Origin: Mobula hypostoma
Taxonomy: Eukaryota
Reading direction: 5' to 3'
DNA: 64,000 bases
Assembly: GCF_963921235.1 (NCBI RefSeq)
Contig: NC_086097.1
Location: forward strand, 204,168,001-204,232,000
The translations under genes were made by a program, and so were the position numbers. Shown here piece after piece: positions 42,817 through 54,740 of the stretch. Position 1 is the stretch's first letter. Each line of letters opens with the position of its first letter. The notes below the pieces were generated by a model. It was not told the origin of the DNA, searched no databases, and was given only the letters and a program-made list of their open reading frames with translations.

Positions 42817-42934
42817 CTGTTCGTACATATGAATCCTACAACGATTCACCTTTGTAGATAAGAACCAAGCCAACATATTGACTGGATGAAAGATGATTTT
42901 CTGCCTTAGTTGGGTCTCTTTCCCACAGTACCAA
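42817..42934 (-). pseudogene. Kinase exon 2 (SH2 N-half), frameshifted with stop
   Basis: ttacag|T TGG TAC TGT GGG AAA (WYCGK), then after a 1-nt loss RDPTKAENHLSSSQYVGLVLIYKGESL*DSYVRT. Donor CAG|GTAAAA; TAG at 42836-42838. Confidence 0.8.
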
Positions 42935-43133
42935 CTGTAATACAAGTGAATATGACATTAGGTAAACAAATCAAGCTTTAGCCACTATATCATAAAGTAA
43001 AAGTAAACTGCTTACAAATGGATTATCAGTCACTTTTCCATATTGTAGATCTCTGTGCATTGTTAAAAATTTGCAGAGCTAACAGCTTGCAAAGTGATGA
43101 AGTTCAAACATTTATTCAAGTTTATCTATACAA

Positions 43134-43213
43134 CAGAGGTCCCCAACCATCTTTATGCCATGGATCCTTACCATTAACCTGGGGGGCTGTGGACCCCAGG
43201 TTGGAAACTCCTG
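43134..43213. mobile_element. 80-bp hAT MITE
   Basis: TIRs cagaggtccccaacc / ggttggaaactcctg; 8-bp TSD ctatacaa/ccatacaa (7/8 match). Partial sibling at ~60215-60277. Confidence 0.75.
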
Positions 43214-43359
43214 CCATACAACATGTATCAGCTGATAACAAGACATAGAAAAGATGGTCATTTGGTTTAATTATTATAATTTTTTATTAATAATGCAAAC
43301 TATTTAGTCACAGATTCTACTCTGCTGATTTATTCTCCTAATGAGAGTTAGGACAGAGT

Positions 43360-43560
43360 GTGTGCATGGAATGCACTGTCAGCGACGGTGGTAGAGGTGG
43401 ATACAAAAATAGTCTTTTAAGAGCCTCTTAGATAGGTACATGGAGCTTAGAAAAATGGAGGGCTATGTACTAGGGAAGTTCTAGACTGTTTCTAGAATAG
43501 GTTACATGGTCGGCATAACATTGTGAGCCAAAGGGCCTGTAATTGCTGTAGATGTTTCTA
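43360..43560 (+). mobile_element. CR1 3' end
   Basis: tggaatgcactg...ttagataggtacatgg...gggcctgt. Confidence 0.7.
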
Positions 43561-46111
43561 TAATGAGATAAGCATAATCACTCTATAATCTTAAAACCTT
43601 ATCAGAGGAAACTTGGCTTCTTGCACATTGCAGATACAGTATACCAGGTACGTAGATTCTGACATCAGTTTACAAGCTGATCTGATCTTAATACAACCAT
43701 CAATTATTTCACTCATCTCTCTTTTGCCACATGGGTGAGCATTGTGTCAAAGCTGAAGGAGACATCGGGAATTCCATATCTGTAAAATGCAGGTTAGTTG
43801 AAGCTCCATATCTTCAGAGCATTTCAGTAACCCTCAAAGTGACAAGTGTATTTTGAGAGTTGTTTAAAGTTGCTCAAGTCTATAAGGAGTAGTATGCTTG
43901 TTGCTAATTATTTTCCTTCCAAAACTTTGGAATTGGACCTGGTTTATTGTCGCATGTACCAAGATAGAGTGAAAAGCTTGTCTTGCATACCGTTCATACA
44001 GATTGAATCATTACACTGTGTATTGACGCTGAACCTTACTTTCTACCTGTACTGCATTTTCTCCATACATTTAATTAATCATTCTGTTAGTGTTTTACCA
44101 TTTTCTACCTCAATGCGTCGTGTAACTATTTTAGCTGTATGAACAGTATGCAAAACAAGCTTTTCACTCTATCATTGTACACTTGTCAATGAAAAACCAA
44201 TTCAATTCTAATTCAAAAGATCGCTGAACTGCTGTACCCCTTGAATTGCATTTGGACTCTCGTGTGTGGCCATGATGACACCAGCCTGACTTACGCCCAG
44301 GTGTGATGTGGATTTGGTACATGTTGCAAAGGAAGTCTGAGACATCAGCCAGCAGAAGCTGTAATGTGATGACTCCACAAGTTCCGTGGTGCTACTGGCC
44401 ACCACATCCGTTCTTGAACTCTGCTACAAACCTAGTGCCCAGCTCTCTGCCAGTTTTTAAACCAGGTTCTTTCATGCTTCTTGGCAAAGCGTGCAGGGTT
44501 CCTGCGTTGTGAAACCTGTACAGCTGGATCATCAATGAGCTCCCATTTAGTACTTCGTAATTTATCAGGTGTGGATTCTGTCTTTATGCTATCCTCCCAG
44601 TTATGCAAAATGGCAATATCTGGACAGATAATTACAAATAAAATCAGAGGAGGAGAGATTTTCATCTTTACTTCCTGCAGGCTCAACCACTTTGGTAACT
44701 TGGAGTTCTTTATGATTAGAGAGAATAGAGAGAAAAGTGTTGTGAGATTATAATTGAAGCCAGGAAGAAGTATAAGGTACACATCTAAGAATAACATTGA
44801 TCTTTCTTCCAGTATCCAATTTTCCCACTGGATTCCAATCTACTGTGATCCATGCCTCTGCCCTGTCTGCTGTTTTGCCATCCTCTCTTCCTTACCATCA
44901 CCCACCTTGCCACCCTCTGCACTCTCCTGCTATGGCTCTTCTATCTAACTGGGTGAGTCCAATTAAGGTATGAATTAAATTCAGTACGACCTCTGTCAAC
45001 TGCATCTCAGCCGCGCGGACCTAGCCCCAACCGTCATTCTTCTTACCTTCAAGCAGTTTTCCGATCATCTGTCTCTTGGTCAAGTGGAGTTGCCTTCTTC
45101 CATCATGTTCTGAAAAATCAGATTATTTTCTCAGCAAGTTTATTTATGAAAGACAGAATTTACTCTGTGATGGGGAGTAATAAAGATTCCCCATGTAATT
45201 TATCTCATAATGGATTTTCTATCAGGAAGTGCTTTTGAAAACAGGAATATCATTACATACAAAGAGCATGATGAGGCTGTATTACAGAACTGTGAAACCT
45301 TAACTCTGTCACTATCACTTCACTGAATGCCAGGCAGGCATTTCACTTCCCTAAGGAAGCCACTTACAAGTTATTGTACAATGCTGAAAACTGTGCTGCT
45401 CTCTCCAGCCACGACATGTGCCTTTTAATGTTCCAAATATCATCATTTCTGTTCTACAGAGTCATCTGAGACCATTCAGCAACTCTGATGGAGACATTGG
45501 GATTCAGTTCCTTCATCAGCTAGTTAAACATGAAGCACTTTAGTGGCTCTGCTGTGCCCTACCTCTGGAATTTAGGACCTTTGTAACCAAACAATAAAAA
45601 TGACTGACAATTCCAGTTCTATCCTCACAATACAGATGTGATCCTGGTAGGAATAAAAATAAATAAATGACACAGAATTTAACACAAAAGCTGACATTTT
45701 TTTTTACAATTTCATATTCACCAGCACCCCTAAATTTAAAAAAAAATAGCATGTGAGGATTGTGCTGGGAAACGCAAGACATTCTGCAGACATCTTGAGC
45801 AACACACACAGAATGCTGGAGGAGCTCTGCAGGTCGAGCAGCATCTATGGAGGGAAATGAACCATTGGTGTTTCAGGCCAAGTCCCCCAGAATTTTGTGT
45901 GTGTTGTTGAGTGTTGTTGTGCAAAGATAGTGTATGTTGGCACTGGTATAGTTTTTATCATATCATCCAGTTGACACAGTCAGAACAGCAAGGTGCCAGA
46001 TTATGCTGCCCAACATCATGGTCTCATTTGGTGCAGAGCAACATCCTTGTTGATTTCTCCAGTTTCGTGGATGAAATACTGTATACCATTTCACATGTAG
46101 TTAATACTCAC

Positions 46112-46443
46112 AATTCTCCTTCCAGGCTCTTAACCTTCGCAAATATCTCAGCAAGAACAAACCCAGAACAGAACCAATTATGCTTGGAGGATTTAGAATC
46201 TTTCCAAACTTTCTGAACAAGCCTCCAATCCCCTTCTTTGCAAAGAAATTCCAGATAATCTTTCCTTGGAGCTAACTGTTCATGAATTGGTGCCACACAG
46301 CACGGAGGTAAGAAATTTGTTCTTGTAAAATCCTTTGTCTTTCCCCCTTTAGTGTCTGGGTTTGCAGTACCAGGACTGGTGTGTGCAAATGCTGCTGACT
46401 GGTGTTCATAGCAGGGGCACATACTGCAGCTGAGTAGGTTCAT
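46112..46443 (-). pseudogene. Kinase exon 1 (N-terminus and SH3)
   Basis: ATG at 46443 (start is tentative): MNLLSCSMCPC...KDYLEFLCKEGDWRLVQK...SGFVLAEIFAKVKSLEGE, resembling the SH3 GDWW and GYIPSNYV..SL.AE region. Ends TT|GTGAGT (phase 2), matching the exon 2 start T-TGG. Confidence 0.75.
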
Positions 46444-46879
46444 TAATGCAGAGTACAGCACCACTTGACTCACTCAATATATAGCTTGAGCCTCATGATA
46501 AATTTACACTGTTCTCATTCACTGAAGTGGAATTAAGATTTATAGGAAGTCTGAAGCAACAACATATGACTTCCATTGTGATGTTGTGTGAACGTTCGAA
46601 TAAATGCGTGGTATTGAAGAAGTTGTGACATTATCAAACAAGTGGAAATTTGAGTCATAGAGTTATAGAGTCAAAGAAATCATAGAAATGTACTGCATAG
46701 AAACAGGCCCTTCAGCCCATCTAAACCACGCCCAATCATTTAAACTGCTTAATCCTATTGACCTGCACTGGGACCATACTACTGCTAACCATGTATCCAT
46801 TCAAATTCCTCTGAAACGATGTAATTGAGCTCACATGCACCACTTGTGCTGGTAGCTCTTACGACCCTCTGAGTGAACT

Positions 46880-49205
46880 TAGAATATAGAATAGTACAGC
46901 ACAGTACAGGCCCTTCAGCCCACAATGTTGTGCTGACCCTTGAACCCTGCCTCCCATATAACCCCCCCACCTGAAATTCCTCCATATACCTGCCTAGTAG
47001 TCTCTTAAATTTCACTAGTGTACCTGCCTCCACCACTGACTCAGGCAGTGCATTCCATGCACCAACCACTCTCTGAGTAAAAAACCTTCTTCTAATATCC
47101 CCCTTGAACTTCCCACCTTTTACCTTAAAGCTATGTCCTCTTGTATCGGGCAGTGGTGCCCTGGGGAAGAGGCGCTGGCTGTCCACTCTATCTATTCCTC
47201 TTAATATCTTGTATAGCTCTATCATGTCTCCTCTCATCCTCCTTCTCTCCAGAGAGTAAAGCCCTAACTCCCATAATCTCTGATCATAATGCATGCTCTC
47301 TAAACCAGGCAGCATCCTGGTAAATCTCCTTTGTACCCTTTCCAATGCTTCCACATCCTTCCTATAGAGAGGCGAACAGAACTGGACACAATACTCCAAG
47401 TGTGACCTAACCAGAATTTTATAGAGCTGCATCATTACCCCGCGACTCTAAAACTCTATCCCTCGACTTATGAAAGCTAACGCTCCATAAGCTTTCTTAA
47501 CTACCCTATATACCTGTGAGGCAACTTTCAGGGATCTGTGGACATGTACCCCCAAATCCCTCTGCTCCTCCACACTTCCAAGTATCTTGCCAGTTACTTT
47601 GTATTCTGCCTTGGAGTTTGTCCTTCCAAAGTGTGCCACCTCACACTTCTCTGGGTTGAACTCCATCTGCCACTTCTCAGCCCACTTCTGCATTCTATCA
47701 ATGTCTCTCTGCAATCTTCAACAATCCTCTCCACTATCCACAACACCAGCAACTTTTGTGTCGTCTGCAAACTTGCCAACCCACCCTGCTACCCCAACAT
47801 CCAGGTCGTTAATAAAAATCACGAAAAGTAGAGGTCCCAGAACTGATCTTTGTGGGACACCACTAGTCACAACCCTCCAATCCGAATGTACTCCCTCCAT
47901 CACGACCCTCTGTTTTCTGCAGGCAAGCCAATTCTGAAACCACCTGGCAAAACATCCCTGGATCCCATGCCTTCTGACTTTCTGAATAAGTCTACCGTGT
48001 GTGGAAACTTGTCAAATGCCTTACTAAAATCCATATAGATCACATCCACTGCACTACCCTCATCTATATACCTGGTCACCTCCTCAAAGAACTCTATCAG
48101 GCTTGTTCGACATGATCTGCCCTTCACAAAGCCATGCTGACTGTCCCTGATCAGACCATGATTCTCTAAATACCCATAGATCCTATCTCTAAGAATCTTT
48201 TCCAACAGCTTTCCCACCACAGACGTAAGGATAACTGGTCTATAATTACCCAGACTATCCCTACTACCTTTTTGGAACAAGGGGACAACATTCGCCTCCC
48301 TCCAATCCTAAGGTACCATTCCCCTGGACAACATAAAGATCCTAGCCAGAGGCTCAGTAATCTCTTCCCTTACCTCATGGAGCAGCCTGGGGAATATTCC
48401 GTCAGGCCCCAGGGACATATCCGTCCTAACGTATTTTAACAACTCCAACACCTCCTCTCCCTTAATATCAACATGCTCCAGAACATCAATCTCACTCATA
48501 TTGTCGTCACCGTCATCAAGTTCCCTCTCATTGGTGAATACCGAAGAGAGGTATTCATTGAGGACCTCGCTCACTTCCACAGCCTCCAGGCACATCTTCC
48601 CACCTTTATCTCTAATCGGTCCTACCTTCACTCCTGTCATCCTTTTGTTCTTCACATAATTGAAGAATGCCTTGGGGTTTTCCTTTACTCTACTCACCAA
48701 GGCCTTCTCATGCCCCCTTCTTGCTCTCCTCAGCCCCTTCTTAAGCTCCTTTCTTGCTACCCTATATTCCTCAATAGACCCATCTGATCCTTGCTTCCTA
48801 AACCTCATGTATGCTGCCTTCTTCCACCTGACTAGATTCTCCACCTCACTTGTCACCCATGGTTCCTTCACCCTACCATTCTTTATCTTCCTCACCAGGA
48901 CAAATTTATCCTTAACATCCTGCATGATTTCCCTAAACATCGACCACATGACCATAGCATATTTTCCTGCAAAAACATCATTCCAATTCACACCCGCAAG
49001 TTCTAGCCTTATAGCCTCATAACTTGTCCTTCTCCAATTAAAAATTTTCCTGCCCTCTCTGATTCTATCCTTTTCCATGATAATGTTAAAGGCCAGGGAG
49101 CGGTGGTCACTGTCTCCCAGATGCTCACCCACTGAGAGATCCGTGACCTGACCCGGTTCGTTACCTAATACTTGATCTAGTATGGCATTCCCCCTAGTCG
49201 GCCTC
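46880..49205 (-). mobile_element. Young CR1 ORF2 fragment nested in an older CR1
   Basis: ORFs 48308-49132, 47900-48280, 47718-47903 (GVPQ.SVLGP, KFADDTK), 47448-47714 and 46785-47435. Older CR1 sequence continues on both sides. Confidence 0.93.
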
Positions 49206-49639
49206 TAAACTTTTCATCTTTCTCCCTTAACCCAAGATCTGTAGTTGTAGTCCCACTTAACCTCAGTGGAAAAGCCTGCTTGCATTTACCCTATCTCTAC
49301 CTCATAATTTTGTATACCTCTAACAAATCTCTCCTCAATCTTCTATGTTCTAAAGAATACAGTCCTAATCTTTTCAATCTTTCCTTGTTACTCAGATCCT
49401 CCAGACCTGCCAACATTCTTGTAAATTATCTCTGCACTCTTTGAACCCTGTTTACATATTTCCTGTAGATAGGTGACTAAAACTGCACACTATACTCCAA
49501 ATTAATCCCCACCAGCGTCTTATACAACTTCAACACAACATCCCATCTTCTATACTCATTACCTTGATTTATGAAAGCCAATGTGCCAAAAGCTTTCTCC
49601 ACAACCCCATGTACCTGTGATGCTACATTCACTGAATTA

Positions 49640-51108
49640 CAGTAGTTGAAAGAATGATTTCTTTCAGCTTTTATTTCTTTCATCACATTCCCAGTGGGTC
49701 AGAAGTTTACATACACTCTGTTAGTATTTGGTAGCATTGTCTTTAAATTGTTTAACTTGGGTCAAACATTTTGGGTAGCCTTCCACAAGCTTCTCACAGT
49801 AAGTTGCTGGAATTTTGTTGCATTTCTCCAGACAGAACTGATGTAACTGAGTCAGGTTTGTAGCCCTCCTTGCTCGCACATGCTTTTTCAGTTTTTCCCA
49901 AAAATTTTCTATCGGATTGAGGTCAGGACTTTGTGATGGCCCTCCAATACCTTGACTTTGTTGTCCTTAAGCAATTTTGCCACAACTTTGGAGGTATGCT
50001 TGGGGTCATTGTCCATTTGGAAGACCCACTTGCGACCAAGCTTTAACTTCCTGGCCGAGGTCTTGAGATGTTGCTTCAGTATACCCACATAATTTTCCTT
50101 CCTCATAATGCCATCTATTTTGTGAAGTGCACCAGTCCCTCCTGCAGCAAAGCACCCCACAACATGATGCTGCCACCCCATGCTTCACGGTTGGGATGGT
50201 GTTCTTTGGCTTGCAAGGCTTACCCCTTTTCCTTCAAATGTAATGATGGTCATTATGGCCCAATAGTTCAATTTTTGTTTCATCAGACCAGAGGACATTT
50301 CTCCAAAAAGTAAGATCATTGTCCCGATGTGCACTTGCAAACTGTAGTCTGGTTTTTTTATGGTGGATTTGGAGCAGTAGCTTCTTCCTTGCTGAGCAGC
50401 CTTTCTGGTTATGTCGATATAGGACTCGTTTTACTGTGGATATAGATACTTGTCTACCTGTTTCCTCCAGCATCTTCACAAGGTCCTTTGCTGTTGTTCT
50501 GGGATTGATTTGCACTTTTTGTGCCAAAGTACATTCATCTCTAGGAGACAGAATGCGTCTCCTTCCTGAGCGGTATGACGGCTGCGTGGTCCCATGATGT
50601 TTATACTTGCGTACTATTGTTTGTACAGATGAACATGGTACGTTCAGGCATTTGGAAATTGCTCCCAAGGGTAAACCAGACTTGACATCATTTCCTGACC
50701 TCAATTTGTGGGCAGAACTGAAAAAGCCTGTGCGAGCAAGGAGGCCTACAAACCTGACTCAGTTACACCAGTTCTGTCTGGAGGAATGGAACAAAATTCC
50801 AGCAACTTATTGTGAAAAGCTTGTACCCAATACGTTTGACACAAGTTAAACAATTTGAAGGCAATGCTACCAAATACCAACAAAGTGTATGTAAACTTCT
50901 AACCGACTGGGAATGTGATAAAAGAAATAAAAGCTGAAAGAAATCATTCTCTTTACTATTATTCTGACATTTCACATTCTTAAAATAAAGTAGTGATCCT
51001 AACTGACCTAAGACAGGGAATGTTTTCTGGATTTAAATGTCAGGAACTGTGAAAAACTGAGTTTAAATATATTTGGCTAAGGCGTATGTAAACTTCTGAC
51101 TTCAACTG
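49640..51108 (-). mobile_element. Sleeping Beauty-like (IR/DR) Tc1 transposon, rearranged and defective
   Basis: Transposase LGAISKCLNVPCSSVQTIVRKYKHHGTTQPSYRSGRRR...WSDETKIE...FQMDNDPKHTSK. End CAGTTGAAGTCAGAAGTTTACATAC; TA duplications at 49638-49639 and 51109-51110. Confidence 0.95.
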
Positions 51109-51307
51109 TATGTCCCTATATTTCCAGATTCCTTTGTTGTATCACATTGGTCAGTGCCCTACCGTTCACTGTGTAGAACCTACCCTGGTTGGTTCTACCA
51201 AATATCAAAACCAAAAAAAAAGATTGAAAAATCAGAAGAGAGAACTAGTAAAACTTCACGGCAGAATTTAAAAAGACAAGCTTTAAAGTAATACTTTTAG
51301 GTAACTT

Positions 51308-52592
51308 CTACTATAAGCCTACTGACTCTCACAGCTATCTGGACTATTCCTCTTCTCACCCTGTCTCTTGCAAAAACGCCATCCCCTTCTCGCAATTCCT
51401 CCGTCTCCGCCGCATCTGCTTTCAGGATGAGGCTTTTCATTCTAGGACGAGGGAGATGTCTTCATTTTTTAAAGAAAGGGGCTTCCCTTCCTCCACTATC
51501 AACTCTGCTCTTAAACGCATCTCCCCCATTTCACGTACATCTGCTCTCACTCCATCCTCCCACCACCCCACTAGGAATAGGGTTCTCCTGGTCCTCACCT
51601 ACCACCCCACCAGCCTCCGGGTCCAACATATTATTCTCCGTAACTTCCGCCACCTCCAACGGGATCCCTCCACTAAGCACATCTTTCCCTCCCCCCCTCT
51701 CTCTGCATTCCGCAGGGATCGCTCCCTACAGAACTCCCTTGTCCATTCGTCCCCCCCATCCCTCCCCACTGATCTCCCTCCTGGCACTTATCCGTGTAAG
51801 CGGAACAAGTGCTACACATGCCCTTACACTTCCTCCCTTACCACCATTCAGGGCCCCAAACAGTCCTTCCAGGTGAGGCATCACTTCACCTGTGAGTTGA
51901 CTGGGGTGATATGCTGCGTCCGGTGCTCCCGATGTGGCCCTTTATATATTGGTGAGACCCGACGCAGACTGGGAGACCGCTTTGCTGAACATCTACGCTC
52001 TGTCCGCCAGAGAAAGCAGGATCTCCCAGTGGCCACACATTTTAATTCCACATCCCATTCCCATTCTGACATGTCTATCCACGGCCTCCTCTACTGTAAA
52101 GATGAAGCCACACTCAGGTTGGAGGAACAACACCTTATATTCCGTCTGGGTAGCCTCCAACCTGATGGCATGAACATCAACTTCTCTAACTTCCGCTAAG
52201 GCCCCACCTCCCCCTCGTACCCCATCCGTTATTTATTTATATACACACATACTTTCTCTCACTCTCCTTTTTCTCCCTCTGTCCCTCTGAATATACCTCT
52301 TGCCCATCCTCTGGGTCACCCCCCCCCTTGTCTTTCTTCCCGGACCTCCTGTCCCATGATCCTCTCGTATCCCCTTTTGCCTATCACCTGTCCAGCTCTC
52401 GGCTCTATCCCTCCCCCTCCTGTCTTCTCCTATCATTTTGCATCTCCCCCTCCCCCTCCAGCTTTCAAATCCCTTACTCACTCTTCCTTCAGTTAGTCCT
52501 GACGAAGGGTCTCGGCCTGAAACGTCGACTGCGCCTCTTCCTATAGATGCTGCTTGGCCTGCTGCGTTCACCAGCAACTTTGATGTATGTTG
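51308..52592 (+). mobile_element. 5'-truncated Penelope-like element (RT thumb, GIY-YIG endonuclease, terminal repeat)
   Basis: YKPTDSHSYLDYSSSHP...SQFLRLRRIC; ORF to 52199 with CSRCGPLYIGETRRRLGDRFAEH. 14-bp TSD CTTTTAGGTAACTT at 51294-51307 and 52593-52606. Confidence 0.95.
52495..52530 (+). ncRNA. Minimal type I hammerhead ribozyme motif in the Penelope terminal repeat
   Basis: AGTC-CTGACGA-AGG(gtctcgg)CCT-GAAA-CGTC-GACT: stem I AGTC/GACT, CUGANGA box, stem II, GAAA box, palindromic ACGT stem III, GUC cleavage triplet. Confidence 0.8.
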
Positions 52593-54329
52593 CTTTTAGG
52601 TAACTTGGCTATTTTCTTTCATAGTTGGCTGTCAATGCTTCCTTCTCAGCATTTTTGCAGGCTAGGGTTGATTTGGCTCTGTTCCGTGTTGGAAATACAG
52701 TAAGCCATCAAAACTCTATCATGTGCATGGCCTTAACAGAGAGTACTAGGGCAGCTTCTGCCAACATACATTTGCTGGTGATCCCCCTCAGGGTAAGCAT
52801 GGATTGGGTGAAATTATTTAAACCAAAAATTGGAGAAATGGGAAAATAGAATTTTATTAAAATATTACTGCATTGCTATGGCGTTAGTTAACTGAGTTGA
52901 TTGATATGTTATGTTTGAAACCGATAAAATAATGAATTATTTTTAAACTGCAAGATTTGTTCAATCAGAAGCACTCACTGCTTTTTTAAAAACATTGAAT
53001 TTTACTTTTTCAATGGATGAAATAATTTATAGATATGGTGGGTGGATTTTGTTCAAAGTTTATTTGGATACAAAGTGCCACATCCGTTCAAATGGGCCAC
53101 TGTATGCAGATGAACAACACAATGATTCTATATAGCCAAGAGCTCTAGATTCTGTGGGATTGGAATTCAAGGATGCTTCTTCTTCTTTCGGAAAATACTT
53201 ACAGCTGCTGTTAATTGTTCATTTGACTGTCCTGTGGCTGGAGTTTACATACCTGGCAATGACATGAAAGGTCATTAATGGGCTTCACAGATGATCTGCA
53301 GAACAAGTGAATGGAAGCTTTTCTTGTACCTTGATTACTATACTGCAACCATCTTCAAAGCTTTACTTGTGTAGAATAGAAAATCTTGTGTCCTGTGAAT
53401 ATGGAAATATGACAGAATCTTTGACCCCTACCTTCTCTTCCTAGATCTTGCAGCAGTTTGAAGACTAAGTCTGTGACCGTTAAAATAATTATCAAGTCTG
53501 CTCGAAGCCTGCATTGTCATCTGTGGCTGTTTAAGAATCGCAGAATATCTCAGACATCTGTCCCAGATGAGGAAATTATGACAGTAGAAAGAGTTTTGAA
53601 GAAGATCAGACTGACATACAGAAGTGACCTTAGAGAATTAGGCTTCTCAGGCACAGGGACACAAGTGATTGCAGATGTTGGAGTGTGGAGCAACAAACAA
53701 AATGTTGATGCTGTAGAAAGGTTTTAGCTTGAAATGTTGACCATTCATTTCACTCCACAGATGTTACTGACCTGCTGAGTGCTCCAACATTTTGCTTGTT
53801 GTCCTCCAGCATTGATCTCACCCATGAAATCCACAAAGGAGAGATGCTTTTTGATTATTCATTTGTGAAACATGCTCTTCATTGGCAAAGCCAATTTTTA
53901 TTTGGTCAAGGGAAGTGATGGTATTTCTAACTGCTGCCTGTCAGCACTTTTTCAACATTTCCATTGGTAAGGCGTTATTCAGCTCCTGCCTTTTGTGAGC
54001 ACATGTTTGAAAAGTCTACGTTGTGCAGGATTAGGGTGGAATTGGCAGGGGCATTTTTGTGGTGGATCCCTTAGAGTAAGCATATACTAGGTAGGGAAGA
54101 GAGCACTAAGAAAAGGTGTCTTGTTACTGCCAGGCAATTTTGGACCAATGTGAAAAAGTATTTGTGTGTGTTGCTCGGATTTCCAGCATCTGCAGATTTT
54201 CTCTTGTTTGTACATAGTGTGAAGACAAGAGAGACAGAGACACAAAGACATTCATGATGGGTTTCTCATTCATGATGGGTTTCAAAAATAGTGCAAAGAC
54301 TTTGTTGTACCAGGAGATGGATCACTTGA

Positions 54330-54740
54330 TACAGGATTACCTTTCTGATTTGTTCTTGGATCCATCATATAGTGTATATTGATGTTTGTAGTCCAGTTCA
54401 GAGGAGGCCAAAGGTGGTCTCCTTATGGTTGATGATGGGATTCCTTGCAATTGTAATGCCATTGAATATCAAGTCTAAGTGATTAGATTTTCTTACTACG
54501 TATGGTCATTGCCCCATGCTTTTCAGATGTGACTATCACTAGTTACTTAACAACCTGTACCTGAATGCTGTCTAGACGTGGCTACATGCAAGCTTGGGCT
54601 ACTTCATTTGCTGAAAAGTTACAAATGTAATTGAATATTGCCAGATCAGTGGCAAACATTTTTACTTCTGACCTCACATTGGAAGGAAGGTCCTTGATGA
54701 GGCAGAAGAACTTCTGGGGCAAACTTAGGGCGAGGCATGG
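54330..54740 (-). mobile_element. Old CR1/L2-group RT remnant
   Basis: Degenerate FADD-region and downstream 'VTF...AMTI...LIFNGITI' similarity. Confidence 0.5.

Noticed and set aside
42817..42934. Open frame WYCGKETQLRQK... as an intact exon 2
   Set aside because: SH2 similarity moves to another frame after WYCGK, and the open frame ends in phase 0 whereas exon 3 needs phase 1.
44230..44455. ELGTRF motif and scattered Cys suggesting a noggin-like cystine knot
   Set aside because: Only a short word matches, it needs a frameshift and a stop, and the cysteine spacing does not fit.
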